A model generated the notes under the pieces. That model was given only the letters and a program-made list of their open reading frames with translations, ran no database searches and was not told the DNA's origin. A stretch of DNA of 64,000 bases, taken from NCBI GenBank assembly GCA_964387675.1, contig CAYLWL010000003.1:6436-70435 (forward strand). Reading direction: 5' to 3'. Of this stretch, positions 18,083 to 26,533 are shown piece after piece (position 1 is the first letter of the stretch; every line of letters begins with the position of its first letter). This DNA is from an uncultured Candidatus Saccharibacteria bacterium. Its GTDB lineage: Bacteria; Patescibacteriota; Minisyncoccia; UBA6257; 2-01-FULL-56-20. A program made the position numbers and the translations under genes.

Positions 18083-18670
18083 ATGGACTTCGAGCGCGAT
18101 TTCCCGAAATTACGGAGCGATATAGTGTTTCAAACCGGCTTGCTGGGCGAGCCGTTTACGTTTCACGGCACATGGGGGCTCTTCAGCCCGACGGCGATTG
18201 ACGAAGGAAGCAGGTTGCTTTTGGAGAATATAGAAATCAAAAAGAATGGCATATCTCTCGATATCGGCTGTGGATACGGAGCGCTCGGAATACCCATTGC
18301 GAAACTTTCCCCCGAAGGCAAAGCGCATCTCGTGGACAAAGATTATGTCGCCATAGAGTACGCCAAGAAAAACGCGAAACTCAACGGCGTCAATAACTGC
18401 GAGATATATTTAAGCAACGGATTCAGCAAGGTTCCAAACGTGGAATTCGACCTTATTGTTTCCAATTTGCCCGCCAAAGTCGGCAAAGAGCTTTTCTGGA
18501 TATTTCTTGACGACGCCAAAAAACACCTGAAACCCGGAGGCAGGATATATGTCGTTACCATCTCGGGACTCCGCGAATTCATAAAACGGAATTTCAACGA
18601 CTTCTTCGGGAACTACGAAAAAGTGAAACAAGGCAGGAGCTATACCGTCGGCCTGGCGGTGAAGAAATAG
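18083..18670 (+). CDS. Class I SAM-dependent methyltransferase, small-domain (RsmC/RlmG-like N2-G rRNA methyltransferase family)
   Basis: LDIGCGYGALGIPIA (motif I) and DLIVSNLP (NPP-like motif IV). 195 aa. Confidence 0.55.
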   Translation: MDFERDFPKLRSDIVFQTGLLGEPFTFHGTWGLFSPTAIDEGSRLLLENIEIKKNGISLDIGCGYGALGIPIAKLSPEGKAHLVDKDYVAIEYAKKNAKLNGVNNCEIYLSNGFSKVPNVEFDLIVSNLPAKVGKELFWIFLDDAKKHLKPGGRIYVVTISGLREFIKRNFNDFFGNYEKVKQGRSYTVGLAVKK

Positions 18671-19078
18671 CAGAGTTCGCTACACTTGCAGGCTTCTTAC
18701 TTTTTGATTTAAAATAACTAGCGCAAGCGGGGATTTTGGTAGGAGCAATCCTTGATGATCAAAATGGCAAGATAGAATAGTCAGTGCGCTATACTTTCAA
18801 AATATGAAACTCTACCGATTTAGCCCCATAGCAGACAAAGGACAACTCCTCGCGGCGATTGCGCATATCCACTTTGCGTGTTTTGAGTTATGCAAACAGG
18901 CCCTTGGTTATATGAGACCAAGAGACACGACAGAGAAAGTCAGAACGAAAATTGCTACGCCCACCACATAACCGCTCCCACTACATGTACCTAATATATA
19001 GATGCGATCGCAACTATATATTAGTTTGGTAAATTGTACTCCATTTGATTATGGTTCGGGTTTTGGTACAATCGATGT

Positions 19079-19435
19079 ATGAAAAATATCGCACCGGAAA
19101 TTTTTAGAAAAAGGGTACTTGTTGACGCAAGGTATGGTATCTTGGTCTCAGAACAAACTGTTCGAGAGTATCTTATCGAACTTCCTAGCGCCCTGGACTT
19201 GCGTGTGTATGGCGACCCGATCGTTCATTCCACAAGCGGTCAGGGCAAATTGGAGAACCAAGGATACGACGGATTTGCACCCCTTATAGATTCGGGCATT
19301 TACATAGGAGTATGGTCCGGTAAAAAGTTTCTTTCCTCGGTTATCTACACCTGTAAGGATTTTTCCACGGAGAAGGCGATCGAGTTCATCAAGAACTTTT
19401 TCAAAACGAGCGAAATCGAGTTTAAGGAGTTTTAG
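19079..19435 (+). CDS. Pyruvoyl-dependent S-adenosylmethionine decarboxylase-like protein (class 1b AdoMetDC fold)
   Basis: 118 aa. GYDGFAPLIDSGIYIGVWSGKKFLSSVIYTCKD aligns by eye to GVSGVVVIxESHLTIHTWPEYGYAAxDxFTCGD of bacterial SpeH/SpeD, with DS in place of the ES processing site. Confidence 0.4.
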   Translation: MKNIAPEIFRKRVLVDARYGILVSEQTVREYLIELPSALDLRVYGDPIVHSTSGQGKLENQGYDGFAPLIDSGIYIGVWSGKKFLSSVIYTCKDFSTEKAIEFIKNFFKTSEIEFKEF

Positions 19436-19564
19436 CGGGGCTGTTGACACTCCTTGCGTTATACCCTATCATTACAGTATCTCTTTAATGGACGTTCTTA
19501 TCGTTAAATAGAGAGCGTTTTCACAAGGATAGCCACCGCCGGGCTACGCCTTGGCGGTTTTTGT

Positions 19565-19666
19565 TAAGCGAAATACTAATATACTAATTCGTGCGAATGA
19601 TACTAATGGATACTAATTCGTATTATTTGTATCATTAGCATGCATTCGTATATTGGTATCACATTT
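19565..19666. repeat. Family G intercistronic palindromic element (copy 1 of 5), ends at rplC start codon
   Basis: GCGAAATACTAATATACTAATTCGTGCGAATGATACTAATGGATACTAATTCGTATTATTTGTATCATTAGCATGCATTCGTATATTGGTATCACAT. Near-identical copies at 24525-24629, 25530-25630 and 33558-33664, and a diverged copy at 61839-61914. Confidence 0.75.
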
Positions 19667-20236
19667 ATGTTAATCGCTCGCAAGCACAAAATGACCCAAA
19701 TTTGGAAGGAGAACACCGTGATTCCCGTCACGGTGCTTAAGGCCGAACCGAATAATGTGGCGATCATCCGTACGAGCGAGAAGGATGGCTATACGGCTCT
19801 CCAGTTGCAGAGCGGGAAAGCGAGAAAAGAATTCGGCAAAAAAGACAAAACTTTGGATATATCGAAATTTAAGACCGGCGACGAGCTCGCGGTCGATTTT
19901 TTTGCCGAAGGAGACACGGTGGCCGTCTCCGGCACCGTGAAAGGCAGGGGATTCCAGGGTACGGTGAAGCGCCATGGCTTCGGCGGCGGACCGAAAACGC
20001 ATGGGCAGAAAAATCGTTTTCGCGCGCCGGGCTCCATCGGTTCCACCGCGTTTCAGCGCGTTGTTCCCGGAAGAAGGATGGCGGGGCACATGGGCACGAA
20101 CCGCGTGACCGTAAAAAATCTGAAGGTAGTTGGCGTGGATAAAGAAAAAGGAATTCTCTTTTTGCGGGGCGCGGTTCCCGGCGCGAGAGGCGGAGTCGTT
20201 GAAATTGTAAAAATCAAAAATCAAAAATCAAAATGA
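19667..20236 (+). CDS. rplC: 50S ribosomal protein L3
   Basis: MTQIWKENTVIPVTVL... Start placed at MLIARKHKMTQIW. Upstream in-frame codons belong to the family G repeat. Confidence 0.9.
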   Translation: MLIARKHKMTQIWKENTVIPVTVLKAEPNNVAIIRTSEKDGYTALQLQSGKARKEFGKKDKTLDISKFKTGDELAVDFFAEGDTVAVSGTVKGRGFQGTVKRHGFGGGPKTHGQKNRFRAPGSIGSTAFQRVVPGRRMAGHMGTNRVTVKNLKVVGVDKEKGILFLRGAVPGARGGVVEIVKIKNQKSK

Positions 20237-20328
20237 CAATGCAAAATGTAAAAATGAATAAATTAAAAGTCGTGTCCGCAGGACCCCATAATTTTGCATT
20301 TTGATATTTACATTTTGCGTTTACCAGC
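20237..20328. repeat. Family F intercistronic element (copy 1 of 2); copy 2 at 24002-24113
   Basis: AAAAATCAAAAATCAAAATGACAATGCAAAATGTAAAA...GTCGTGTCCGCAGGACCCC...ATTTTGCATTTTG contains internal inverted repeats (CAAAATGCAAAAT / ATTTTGCATTTTG). Confidence 0.7.
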
Positions 20329-20982
20329 ATGAAAGCCACCGTTTACAATTTGAAGAACGAAAAAGTGGGCGAGATGGAATTGCCATCGTCGATCTTCGAA
20401 GCGAAGTGGAACCCCGTGCTCGTGGCGCAGGTTTTGCGCGCCCAGCTTGCCAACTCGCGCCGGCCTTGGGCTCACGCGAAAACGAGAGCCGAAGTGCGCG
20501 GCGGAGGCAGAAAACCCTGGAGACAAAAAGGAACAGGCAGAGCGAGGCACGGCTCTACTCGTTCTCCTCTCTGGGTCGGCGGCGGAAAAGCGCACGGCCC
20601 GAACAAACTCCGCGATTATAGCCAGAAAGTCAATAAAAAAATGGCCCGCTTGGCGCTTTTTTCCGCGCTCGCCAAGAAGCTCAAAGAGAACCAGCTCAAA
20701 GTGTTCGAAGACATGAACATTGCGGAGCCGAAAACCAAAGTCCTTTCCGCGACTCTCAAGCATCTTTTAAATTTGAAAAAAGATCACAAGAAGATGGACG
20801 TGCTCATGGTCGCCGACCGAGAGAACGCGAACGTTCGGCGCGCCTCATCTAACCTGGTGAAAGCGAAAACACTCGACGCACAATCGCTTAACATCTACGA
20901 CGTTTTGAACCACAAGAATATTTTCGTCGATAAAGCATCGGTTGGCGCGCTCACGAAACACTATGCTAGAAAACAGAAATGA
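20329..20982 (+). CDS. rplD: 50S ribosomal protein L4
   Basis: RGGGRKPWRQKGTGRARHGS...GGGKAHGP. Confidence 0.9.
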   Translation: MKATVYNLKNEKVGEMELPSSIFEAKWNPVLVAQVLRAQLANSRRPWAHAKTRAEVRGGGRKPWRQKGTGRARHGSTRSPLWVGGGKAHGPNKLRDYSQKVNKKMARLALFSALAKKLKENQLKVFEDMNIAEPKTKVLSATLKHLLNLKKDHKKMDVLMVADRENANVRRASSNLVKAKTLDAQSLNIYDVLNHKNIFVDKASVGALTKHYARKQK

Positions 20983-21058
20983 GAAATGAGACATGAGACA
21001 TGAGAAATGAGGAACGAAATACACGAAACCTAATCCCTCATATCTCATATCTATCATT
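20983..21058. repeat. Family E intercistronic palindromic element (GAGAAATGAG...CTCATTTCTC type), copy 1
   Basis: Copies fill the spacers at 21332-21417, 22240-22314, 23251-23329, 26464-26533, 27102-27196, 27746-27835, 28737-28822 and 29261-29323. A diverged copy is at 28190-28271 and a partial one at 62605-62645. Confidence 0.75.
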
Positions 21059-21331
21059 ATGAATACTTTCATCATCAAAAAGCCATTGATTACGGAACGC
21101 GCGACGAATTTGAGCAAACTCGGCAAATATGTTTTTATGGTTGCCGATTTTGCCACGAAGCCGGAGGTCAAAAAAGCGGTCAAGGAAATTTATAAAGTTG
21201 ATGCCGTTTCCGTGAACATCGTGGTGAAGCCGTCCAAAAAGAAAAGGATGGGATCGCTCAAGGGTCGGCGTAAAGGTTATAAAAAGGCGATTGTTACCCT
21301 GAAGAAAGGGCAGAAAATCGAGATACAGTAA
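21059..21331 (+). CDS. rplW: 50S ribosomal protein L23
   Basis: LITERATNLSKLGKYVFMVADFATKPEVKKAVKEIYKVDAVSVNI. Confidence 0.9.
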   Translation: MNTFIIKKPLITERATNLSKLGKYVFMVADFATKPEVKKAVKEIYKVDAVSVNIVVKPSKKKRMGSLKGRRKGYKKAIVTLKKGQKIEIQ

Positions 21332-21417
21332 GAAACTAGAAATGAGACATGAGAAATGAGGAACGAAATACATAAAACCTAATCTCTCATCTCTAATTTC
21401 TCATATCTATAAAATCA
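21332..21417. repeat. Family E element, copy 2
   Basis: AGAAATGAGACATGAGAAATGAGGAACGAAATACATAAAACCTAATCTCTCATCTCTAATTTCTCATATCT. Confidence 0.75.
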
Positions 21418-22239
21418 ATGAAAACCTATTCACCAACAACTCCATCGAGGCGAAGCATGACCGGCGTTGACTACGGCGCCTTGAGCAAAAAGCAACCCTA
21501 TAAACCGCTTCTTGTTCGGCTCAAATCAAATGCCGGCAGAAACTCGCAAGGGAGAATCACCGTGCGCCACCAAGGTGGAGGCAACAAAAAGCTGTACAGG
21601 ATGGTCGACTTTATGCAGAATACCCTGAATGCCAAGGCGGCTGTGGAATCGATTGAATACGATCCGTACCGGACGGCGTTCATCGCTCTCATCAAATATC
21701 CGAACAACGCGAAGAGTTATATTCTTGCGCCGAATACGCTGAAAGCGGGAGACACCGTTTTGGTGGCCGAAGCGGCGCCCCTCAAAGTCGGTAATCGTCT
21801 GAAGATGAAGAACATCCCCGTCGGTTACCAGGTGCACAGCGCGGAACTTTTGCCGGGACATGGCGGGAAGCTCGCGCGCTCGGCCGGTTCGTACGCCGAG
21901 GTTTTGGCGAACGCCGACGGTTACACGGACTTGAAATTGTCTTCGGGAGAAGTGCGGCGCGTTCCGTGGGAAGGGTTCGCCTCCGTCGGGCAGGTTTCGA
22001 ACGCGGAGCATAATCTTGTCGTTATCGGCAAGGCGGGAAGATCGCGGTGGCTCGGCGTGCGCCCCACAGTGCGCGGAAAAGCGATGAACCCGGTTGATCA
22101 CCCCTACGGAGGAGGCGAAGGGAGCCAGCCGCGCGGCACGAGAAAACCGAAGACCCTGTGGGGCAAGATCACCGGCGGCCATAAAACTCGAAACAAAAAG
22201 AAGTGGTCGAGCAAGATGATAGTTAAACGCAGAAAGTAG
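21418..22239 (+). CDS. rplB: 50S ribosomal protein L2
   Basis: 273 aa. GRNSQGRITVRHQGGG...HPYGGGEG. Confidence 0.95.
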   Translation: MKTYSPTTPSRRSMTGVDYGALSKKQPYKPLLVRLKSNAGRNSQGRITVRHQGGGNKKLYRMVDFMQNTLNAKAAVESIEYDPYRTAFIALIKYPNNAKSYILAPNTLKAGDTVLVAEAAPLKVGNRLKMKNIPVGYQVHSAELLPGHGGKLARSAGSYAEVLANADGYTDLKLSSGEVRRVPWEGFASVGQVSNAEHNLVVIGKAGRSRWLGVRPTVRGKAMNPVDHPYGGGEGSQPRGTRKPKTLWGKITGGHKTRNKKKWSSKMIVKRRK

Positions 22240-22314
22240 AAATGAGGCATGAGAAATGAGGAACGAAATACACAAAACCTAATCTCTCATATCTAATTTC
22301 TCATATCTTTTACC
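22240..22314. repeat. Family E element, copy 3
   Basis: GAAATGAGGCATGAGAAATGAGGAACGAAATACACAAAACCTAATCTCTCATATCTAATTTCTCATATC. Confidence 0.75.
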
Positions 22315-22641
22315 ATGTCCAGAAGTTCCAAAAAGGGTCCCTACGTCGATCCAAAACTCTTAAAAAAGATTTCCAAACTGAAGCCGGAGAGCGCGCCGGT
22401 TATTAAAACGTGGTCCAGAGCATCCGAGATTTCTCCGGAAATGGTTGGTTTTATCATCGGCGTTCACAACGGCAAAGTGTTTACCGAGGTCAGAATTTCG
22501 GAGGATATGGTGGGCCATCGGCTCGGCGAGTTTTCTCCGACGAGAAAATTCGTGCGGCACGGCGGAAAGATACAAAAAGAACTGGAGCAAAAGACCGCGC
22601 AGGCAGCGGCTCCGGCGGCGGCAAAAGAAACCAAAAAGTAA
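22315..22641 (+). CDS. rpsS: 30S ribosomal protein S19 (with C-terminal extension)
   Basis: [15 protein letters not shown]...[13 protein letters not shown]. Confidence 0.9.
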   Translation: MSRSSKKGPYVDPKLLKKISKLKPESAPVIKTWSRASEISPEMVGFIIGVHNGKVFTEVRISEDMVGHRLGEFSPTRKFVRHGGKIQKELEQKTAQAAAPAAAKETKK

Positions 22642-22728
22642 TCACTAATAACGCGAATACCGGCAAATAACGCTAAGACGACTCGCATTATTACCTAAAA
22701 ACGATTAGCATTATTCGCGAATACTCCC
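22642..22728. repeat. Cargo-less (empty) copy of the AATAACGCGAATA / TATTCGCGAATACTCC inverted-repeat element that elsewhere carries the GxxExxY gene
   Basis: Both arms face each other with a ~50-bp spacer. The right arm ends at the rplV ATG. Confidence 0.6.
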
Positions 22729-23250
22729 ATGACGAAGCAAACGGCAAAACTGAATTACTTGCGAATGACGCCACGAAAAGTGCGGCTGGTTGCCGATCTT
22801 ATCAAGGGCCTGCCTATTAACGAAGCCGAGGCCCAGCTTTTGACGATCCGCAAAAGAGCTGCGGTGCCGCTGTTGAAACTTCTGCGTTCGGCGATGGCCA
22901 ACGTGAAGAACAATAAAAAGTTGAGCGAAGAGAGATTTTTCATAGAAACCTTGAAGGTGGACGGCGGGCCGATGCTCAAACGGTTCCTTCCGCGCGCGCG
23001 CGGCATGGCAACGCCGATTCAGAAAAAAATGAGCCACGTGACGATGGTGCTCGCGGAGCATCCGGACGCGAAGCCGCCTCGGTTCAAGATCGTAGTTCGG
23101 AAGAAAACCAAACTGCCGCCCGGTTCCGAGGGCCCGGTCCGGAGACAAAAGCCAGAGAGGCCGAAAAAGCCGGAACAGGAGGGAGCGAAACCGAAGTCGA
23201 CCGGTTTCTTCAAGAAACTATTCAGGCGGAAAGCCGGATTCGCTAAATAA
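22729..23250 (+). CDS. rplV: 50S ribosomal protein L22 (with basic C-terminal extension)
   Basis: RMTPRKVRLVADLIKGLPINEAEAQL... Confidence 0.9.
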   Translation: MTKQTAKLNYLRMTPRKVRLVADLIKGLPINEAEAQLLTIRKRAAVPLLKLLRSAMANVKNNKKLSEERFFIETLKVDGGPMLKRFLPRARGMATPIQKKMSHVTMVLAEHPDAKPPRFKIVVRKKTKLPPGSEGPVRRQKPERPKKPEQEGAKPKSTGFFKKLFRRKAGFAK

Positions 23251-23329
23251 GAAAACAGAAATGAGAAAGGAGAAATTAGGAACGCTTAACGACCTCATTT
23301 CTCATATCTAATCTCTCATCTCTAACACC
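23251..23329. repeat. Family E element, copy 4 (diverged)
   Basis: GAAATGAGAAAGGAGAAATTAGGAACG...CCTCATTTCTCATATCTAATCTCTCATCTC. Confidence 0.65.
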
Positions 23330-24001
23330 ATGGGACACAAAATTAATCCATTATCACTACGAGTCGGCGTCACGAAGAACTGGCCAGTCAGATGGTTTAT
23401 TAAAGGTAAGTACGCCAAGTTTTTGGAGGAGGACGAAGCGATACGGAACGTGATCAGGTTGAAAATCGGCCAGGCCGGCATTTCCGCGATCGAGATAGAA
23501 CGAACCCAAGGGAGCGTCAAAGTTTTCATCAAAGCCGCGAGGCCCGGGTTCGTAATCGGCCGAGGCGGAAAAGGCATCGAGGATCTGAACAAAGCAATAG
23601 AGAAGGCCTTGAAAAAGGTCCGCAAAGTAAAAACCGCGATTGCTTTAAGCGTGAACGTGGAGGAATTGAAGAGATCGGAAATCGCCGCGCCGTACGTCGC
23701 CCAGCAAATCGCCTGGGATCTCGAGAAGCGTCTGCCGTTCCGGAGAACGCTGAAAAAATATCTTGAAGGAATTATGCAAAACAGGGAAGTGAAGGGAGCG
23801 AAGATCATGATGTCGGGCAGATTGGACGGCAACGAAATAGCGAGGACGGAGTGGCTGGCCAAGGGGTCATTGCCTCTTCAGACATTCCGCGCCGACATCG
23901 ACTATGGAACATCCACCGCTTTTACGACCTATGGAACAATCGGAATAAAGGTGTGGATATATAAGGGCGAGATATTCGCTGACGCTCAAAATAAAAATTA
24001 A
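23330..24001 (+). CDS. rpsC: 30S ribosomal protein S3
   Basis: MGHKINPLSLRVGVTKNW..., with KH and S3-C domains. Confidence 0.9.
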   Translation: MGHKINPLSLRVGVTKNWPVRWFIKGKYAKFLEEDEAIRNVIRLKIGQAGISAIEIERTQGSVKVFIKAARPGFVIGRGGKGIEDLNKAIEKALKKVRKVKTAIALSVNVEELKRSEIAAPYVAQQIAWDLEKRLPFRRTLKKYLEGIMQNREVKGAKIMMSGRLDGNEIARTEWLAKGSLPLQTFRADIDYGTSTAFTTYGTIGIKVWIYKGEIFADAQNKN

Positions 24002-24113
24002 AAAATCAAAAATCAAGATGACAATGCAAAATGTAAAATTAAATAAATTAAAAGTCGTGTCCGCAGGACCCCTAAATTTTGCATTTTGATCTTTGCATTT
24101 TGCATTTACTGAT
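24002..24113. repeat. Family F element, copy 2
   Basis: Near-identical to 20237-20328. Confidence 0.7.
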
Positions 24114-24524
24114 ATGTTGATTCCAAAGAAAGTAAAACATCGTAAGTGGCAGAAAGGCCGCTCGAAGAGACGGCTTGTGGAAACGCGCGGTCTTACTTTG
24201 AATTATGGCCAATATGGTTTAAAATCCCTGGAAGCGGCGTGGCTCAATTCTCGCCAGATCGAGGCGGCGCGGAAAACCATAACGAATTTCTTGAAGCGCA
24301 GCGGCCGCCTGTGGATCAGGGTTTTTCCGGATAAACCGATCACTCAGCAAGCTCCGGAGAAAACGTTGGGCGGCGGCAAGGGCAGTGTCGAATATTATGT
24401 TTTTCCGGTGAGGCCGGGGAGGATTATTTTCGAGATTGACGGCGTTCCCAAAGAAACCGCCACCGAGGCGCTCCGGCTGGCTTCTTATAAACTGCCGTTC
24501 AAAAGCAGAATCATAACCAAATAA
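24114..24524 (+). CDS. rplP: 50S ribosomal protein L16
   Basis: MLIPKKVKHRKWQKGR... Start at the ATG at 24114. The ORF track's TTG at 24093 lies in the repeat. Confidence 0.9.
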   Translation: MLIPKKVKHRKWQKGRSKRRLVETRGLTLNYGQYGLKSLEAAWLNSRQIEAARKTITNFLKRSGRLWIRVFPDKPITQQAPEKTLGGGKGSVEYYVFPVRPGRIIFEIDGVPKETATEALRLASYKLPFKSRIITK

Positions 24525-24629
24525 CAAGCGAAATACTAATATACTAATTCGTGCGAATGATACTAATGGATACTAATTCGTATTATTTGTATCATTAGCA
24601 TGCATTCGTATATTGGTATCACATTATTC
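24525..24629. repeat. Family G element, copy 2
   Basis: Near-identical to 19565-19666. Ends at the rpmC start. Confidence 0.75.
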
Positions 24630-24836
24630 ATGAGAAAGAAAGAAATCCAAGAATTAAAAATGAAGCCCGCGGCCGAGCTCCAAAAGTTCCTGAAAGACGG
24701 ACGGGAACGGCTCCGCTCGTTGAAGTTCGATTTGGCCGCAGGCAAAGTGAAAAACGTGAAGGAGCTCCGCACGCTCAAAAAAGACCTCGCGAGAGCCAAC
24801 ACGTTCATACACGCTTCCCGGTCGGGGAATAAATAA
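24630..24836 (+). CDS. rpmC: 50S ribosomal protein L29
   Basis: MRKKEIQELKMKPAAELQKFLKDGRERLRSLKF. Confidence 0.85.
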   Translation: MRKKEIQELKMKPAAELQKFLKDGRERLRSLKFDLAAGKVKNVKELRTLKKDLARANTFIHASRSGNK

Positions 24837-24840
24837 ACTT

Positions 24841-25107
24841 ATGGAACAAGTCAAAAAAAGAAAAATAACCGGCGTCGTGGTCAGCGACAAAATGATGAAA
24901 ACGAGAGTGGTTGAGGTCAAACGATCGAAGAAGCACCCGAAGTATCTCAAGTACTACACGGTGACGACCAAGTTTAAAGCCCATGACGAAAAGAACGATT
25001 ACCACGTGGGCGATGTGGTTATTATGGAAGAAACCAGGCCTCTCTCGAAAGAGAAGAGGTGGCGCATTATTGGAGTAGTCGCTAATAATGCGAATAAAAA
25101 GAGGTAA
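24841..25107 (+). CDS. rpsQ: 30S ribosomal protein S17
   Basis: ITGVVVSDKMMKTRVVEVKR...YHVGDVVIMEETRPLSKEKRW. The last 8 codons (ANNANKKR) are encoded by the AATAACGCGAATA repeat arm. Confidence 0.9.
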   Translation: MEQVKKRKITGVVVSDKMMKTRVVEVKRSKKHPKYLKYYTVTTKFKAHDEKNDYHVGDVVIMEETRPLSKEKRWRIIGVVANNANKKR

Positions 25108-25160
25108 TAACGCGAATCCGCGTTATTAAATAAAAATTAGCGTTATTCGCGAATACTACA
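25078..25160. repeat. Second cargo-less copy of the AATAACGCGAATA/TATTCGCGAATACT element, overlapping the rpsQ 3' end and ending at the rplN ATG
   Basis: GCTAATAATGCGAATAAAAAGAGGTAATAACGCGAATCCGCGTTATTAAATAAAAATTAGCGTTATTCGCGAATACTACA. Confidence 0.6.
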
Positions 25161-25529
25161 ATGATCCAAGAACGCTCAATACTCAAGGTGGCCGACAACA
25201 GCGGCGCGAAGATCGTGCGGTGCTTTAGAATTCTGGGCGGCACAAGAAGGCGATACGCGAGGATCGGCGATATCATCGTGACCTCCGTTCAGGTGGCCGA
25301 GCCGCGCAAGACCATCAAGAAAAAAGACATTGTGAAGGTTCTGATCGTTCGGCAGAGAGCTCCGTTGCGGCGCAAAGACGGCTCGTATATCCGTTTCGAC
25401 GACAACGCCGTCGTGGTGATAGATGCCAAGCGCGAGCCGGTCGCGACAAGAATCTTCGGCCCGATGCCGCGCGAGCTCAAAGAAAAAGGGTTCGATACCC
25501 TTATGACAATGGCGGAAGAAATCGTATAA
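25161..25529 (+). CDS. rplN: 50S ribosomal protein L14
   Basis: MIQERSILKVADNSGAK... Confidence 0.95.
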   Translation: MIQERSILKVADNSGAKIVRCFRILGGTRRRYARIGDIIVTSVQVAEPRKTIKKKDIVKVLIVRQRAPLRRKDGSYIRFDDNAVVVIDAKREPVATRIFGPMPRELKEKGFDTLMTMAEEIV

Positions 25530-25630
25530 GCGAGATACTAATATACTAATTCGTGCGAATGATACTAATGAATACTAATTCGTATTATTTGTATCATTAG
25601 CATGCATTCGTATATTGGTATCACATGTAT
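25530..25630. repeat. Family G element, copy 3
   Basis: Near-identical to 19565-19666. Confidence 0.75.
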
Positions 25631-25936
25631 ATGAACATTAAAAAAGGTGACCAAGTAAAAATTCTTTCCGGAAAAGACCGGGGCAAAACCGGAGCCGTGT
25701 TAAACGTTTTCCCGAAAGACGGGAAAATTTCGGTGGAAGGATTGAACGTGTATAAAAAACGGGTGCGCCCGAAGCGCCAGGGGCAGAAGGGCGAAACGGT
25801 TTTAGTGCCGAGGTCTTTTTACGCTTCCAAGGCGATGGTGATCTGTTCGAATTGCAAAGAGCCGGCTCGTTTGGGTCATCGTTTGGAAGGCAAGAAGAAG
25901 GTCCGCTACTGCAAAAAGTGTAAAGCGGCGATATAG
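25631..25936 (+). CDS. rplX: 50S ribosomal protein L24 with C-terminal C4 zinc-ribbon-like extension
   Basis: KOW motif KKGDQVKILSGKDRGKTG. The C-terminus CSNCKEPARLGHRLEGKKKVRYCKKCK replaces the usual L24 C-terminal half. Confidence 0.85.
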   Translation: MNIKKGDQVKILSGKDRGKTGAVLNVFPKDGKISVEGLNVYKKRVRPKRQGQKGETVLVPRSFYASKAMVICSNCKEPARLGHRLEGKKKVRYCKKCKAAI

Positions 25937-25944
25937 TAAGAAAC

Positions 25945-26463
25945 ATGACACAGCACAAATCTAAACAATCAAATCTTGGCTTTGAAGCAACAAAGTTTCT
26001 TGAGAAAGTTGTGATTGACGTTGGCGTGGGACGCTTGAGCGGCCAGCCGAATTTCGAAGAAAAAGCGCTCTCTCAAATCACGAAAGATCTCTCTCTCGTT
26101 GCTGGTCAGAAGCCGCAGGTGAGGCGCGCGAAGAAGTCAATCGCCGGATTCAAAACGAGGGAAGGCCAGATCGTCGGTTTAAGAGTAACGCTCCGAAAAA
26201 AGAAAATGGTTGATTTTTTCGAGCGGCTCATTAGAATAGTATTGCCGCGCGTGCGAGATTTCAGGGGGCTCGATCCGAACATTATCGATCAAGGCGGCAC
26301 GTTGAACATCGGCCTCAAGGAATCAGTTGTTTTTCCGGAAATCAACCCGGAGCAGTCGCCCATTTCATTTTCGCTGGGAATCAGCGCGGTTCCAAGAATA
26401 AAAAATCGGGAAAAATCAGTCGAACACTTCAGAGCCCTCGGGGTACCATTAAAAAAGAAATGA
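25945..26463 (+). CDS. rplE: 50S ribosomal protein L5
   Basis: FEATKFLEKVVIDVGVG...RDFRGL. Confidence 0.9.
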   Translation: MTQHKSKQSNLGFEATKFLEKVVIDVGVGRLSGQPNFEEKALSQITKDLSLVAGQKPQVRRAKKSIAGFKTREGQIVGLRVTLRKKKMVDFFERLIRIVLPRVRDFRGLDPNIIDQGGTLNIGLKESVVFPEINPEQSPISFSLGISAVPRIKNREKSVEHFRALGVPLKKK

Positions 26464-26533
26464 GAAATAAAGAAATGAGAAATTAGGATTTTCGTCCTCA
26501 TGTCTCATCTCTTATGCCTCATATCTTGTCACC
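26464..26533. repeat. Family E element, copy 5 (diverged)
   Basis: GAGAAATAAAGAAATGAGAAATTAGG...CCTCATGTCTCATCTCTTATGCCTCATATC. Confidence 0.65.

Noticed and set aside
21526-22275. 249-aa ORF on the minus strand, and many other long antisense or alternative-frame ORFs across fusA, tuf, the r-protein genes, glyQS, murA, secY and the giant fibre gene (e.g. 13257-14096, 16430-17650, 42222-43211, 53000-53841, 7578-8261)
   Set aside because: They lie entirely within and opposite to, or out of frame with, strongly supported conserved genes. They are low-complexity (Arg/Pro/Ser-rich) shadow ORFs typical of GC-biased third positions, with no start-site signals.
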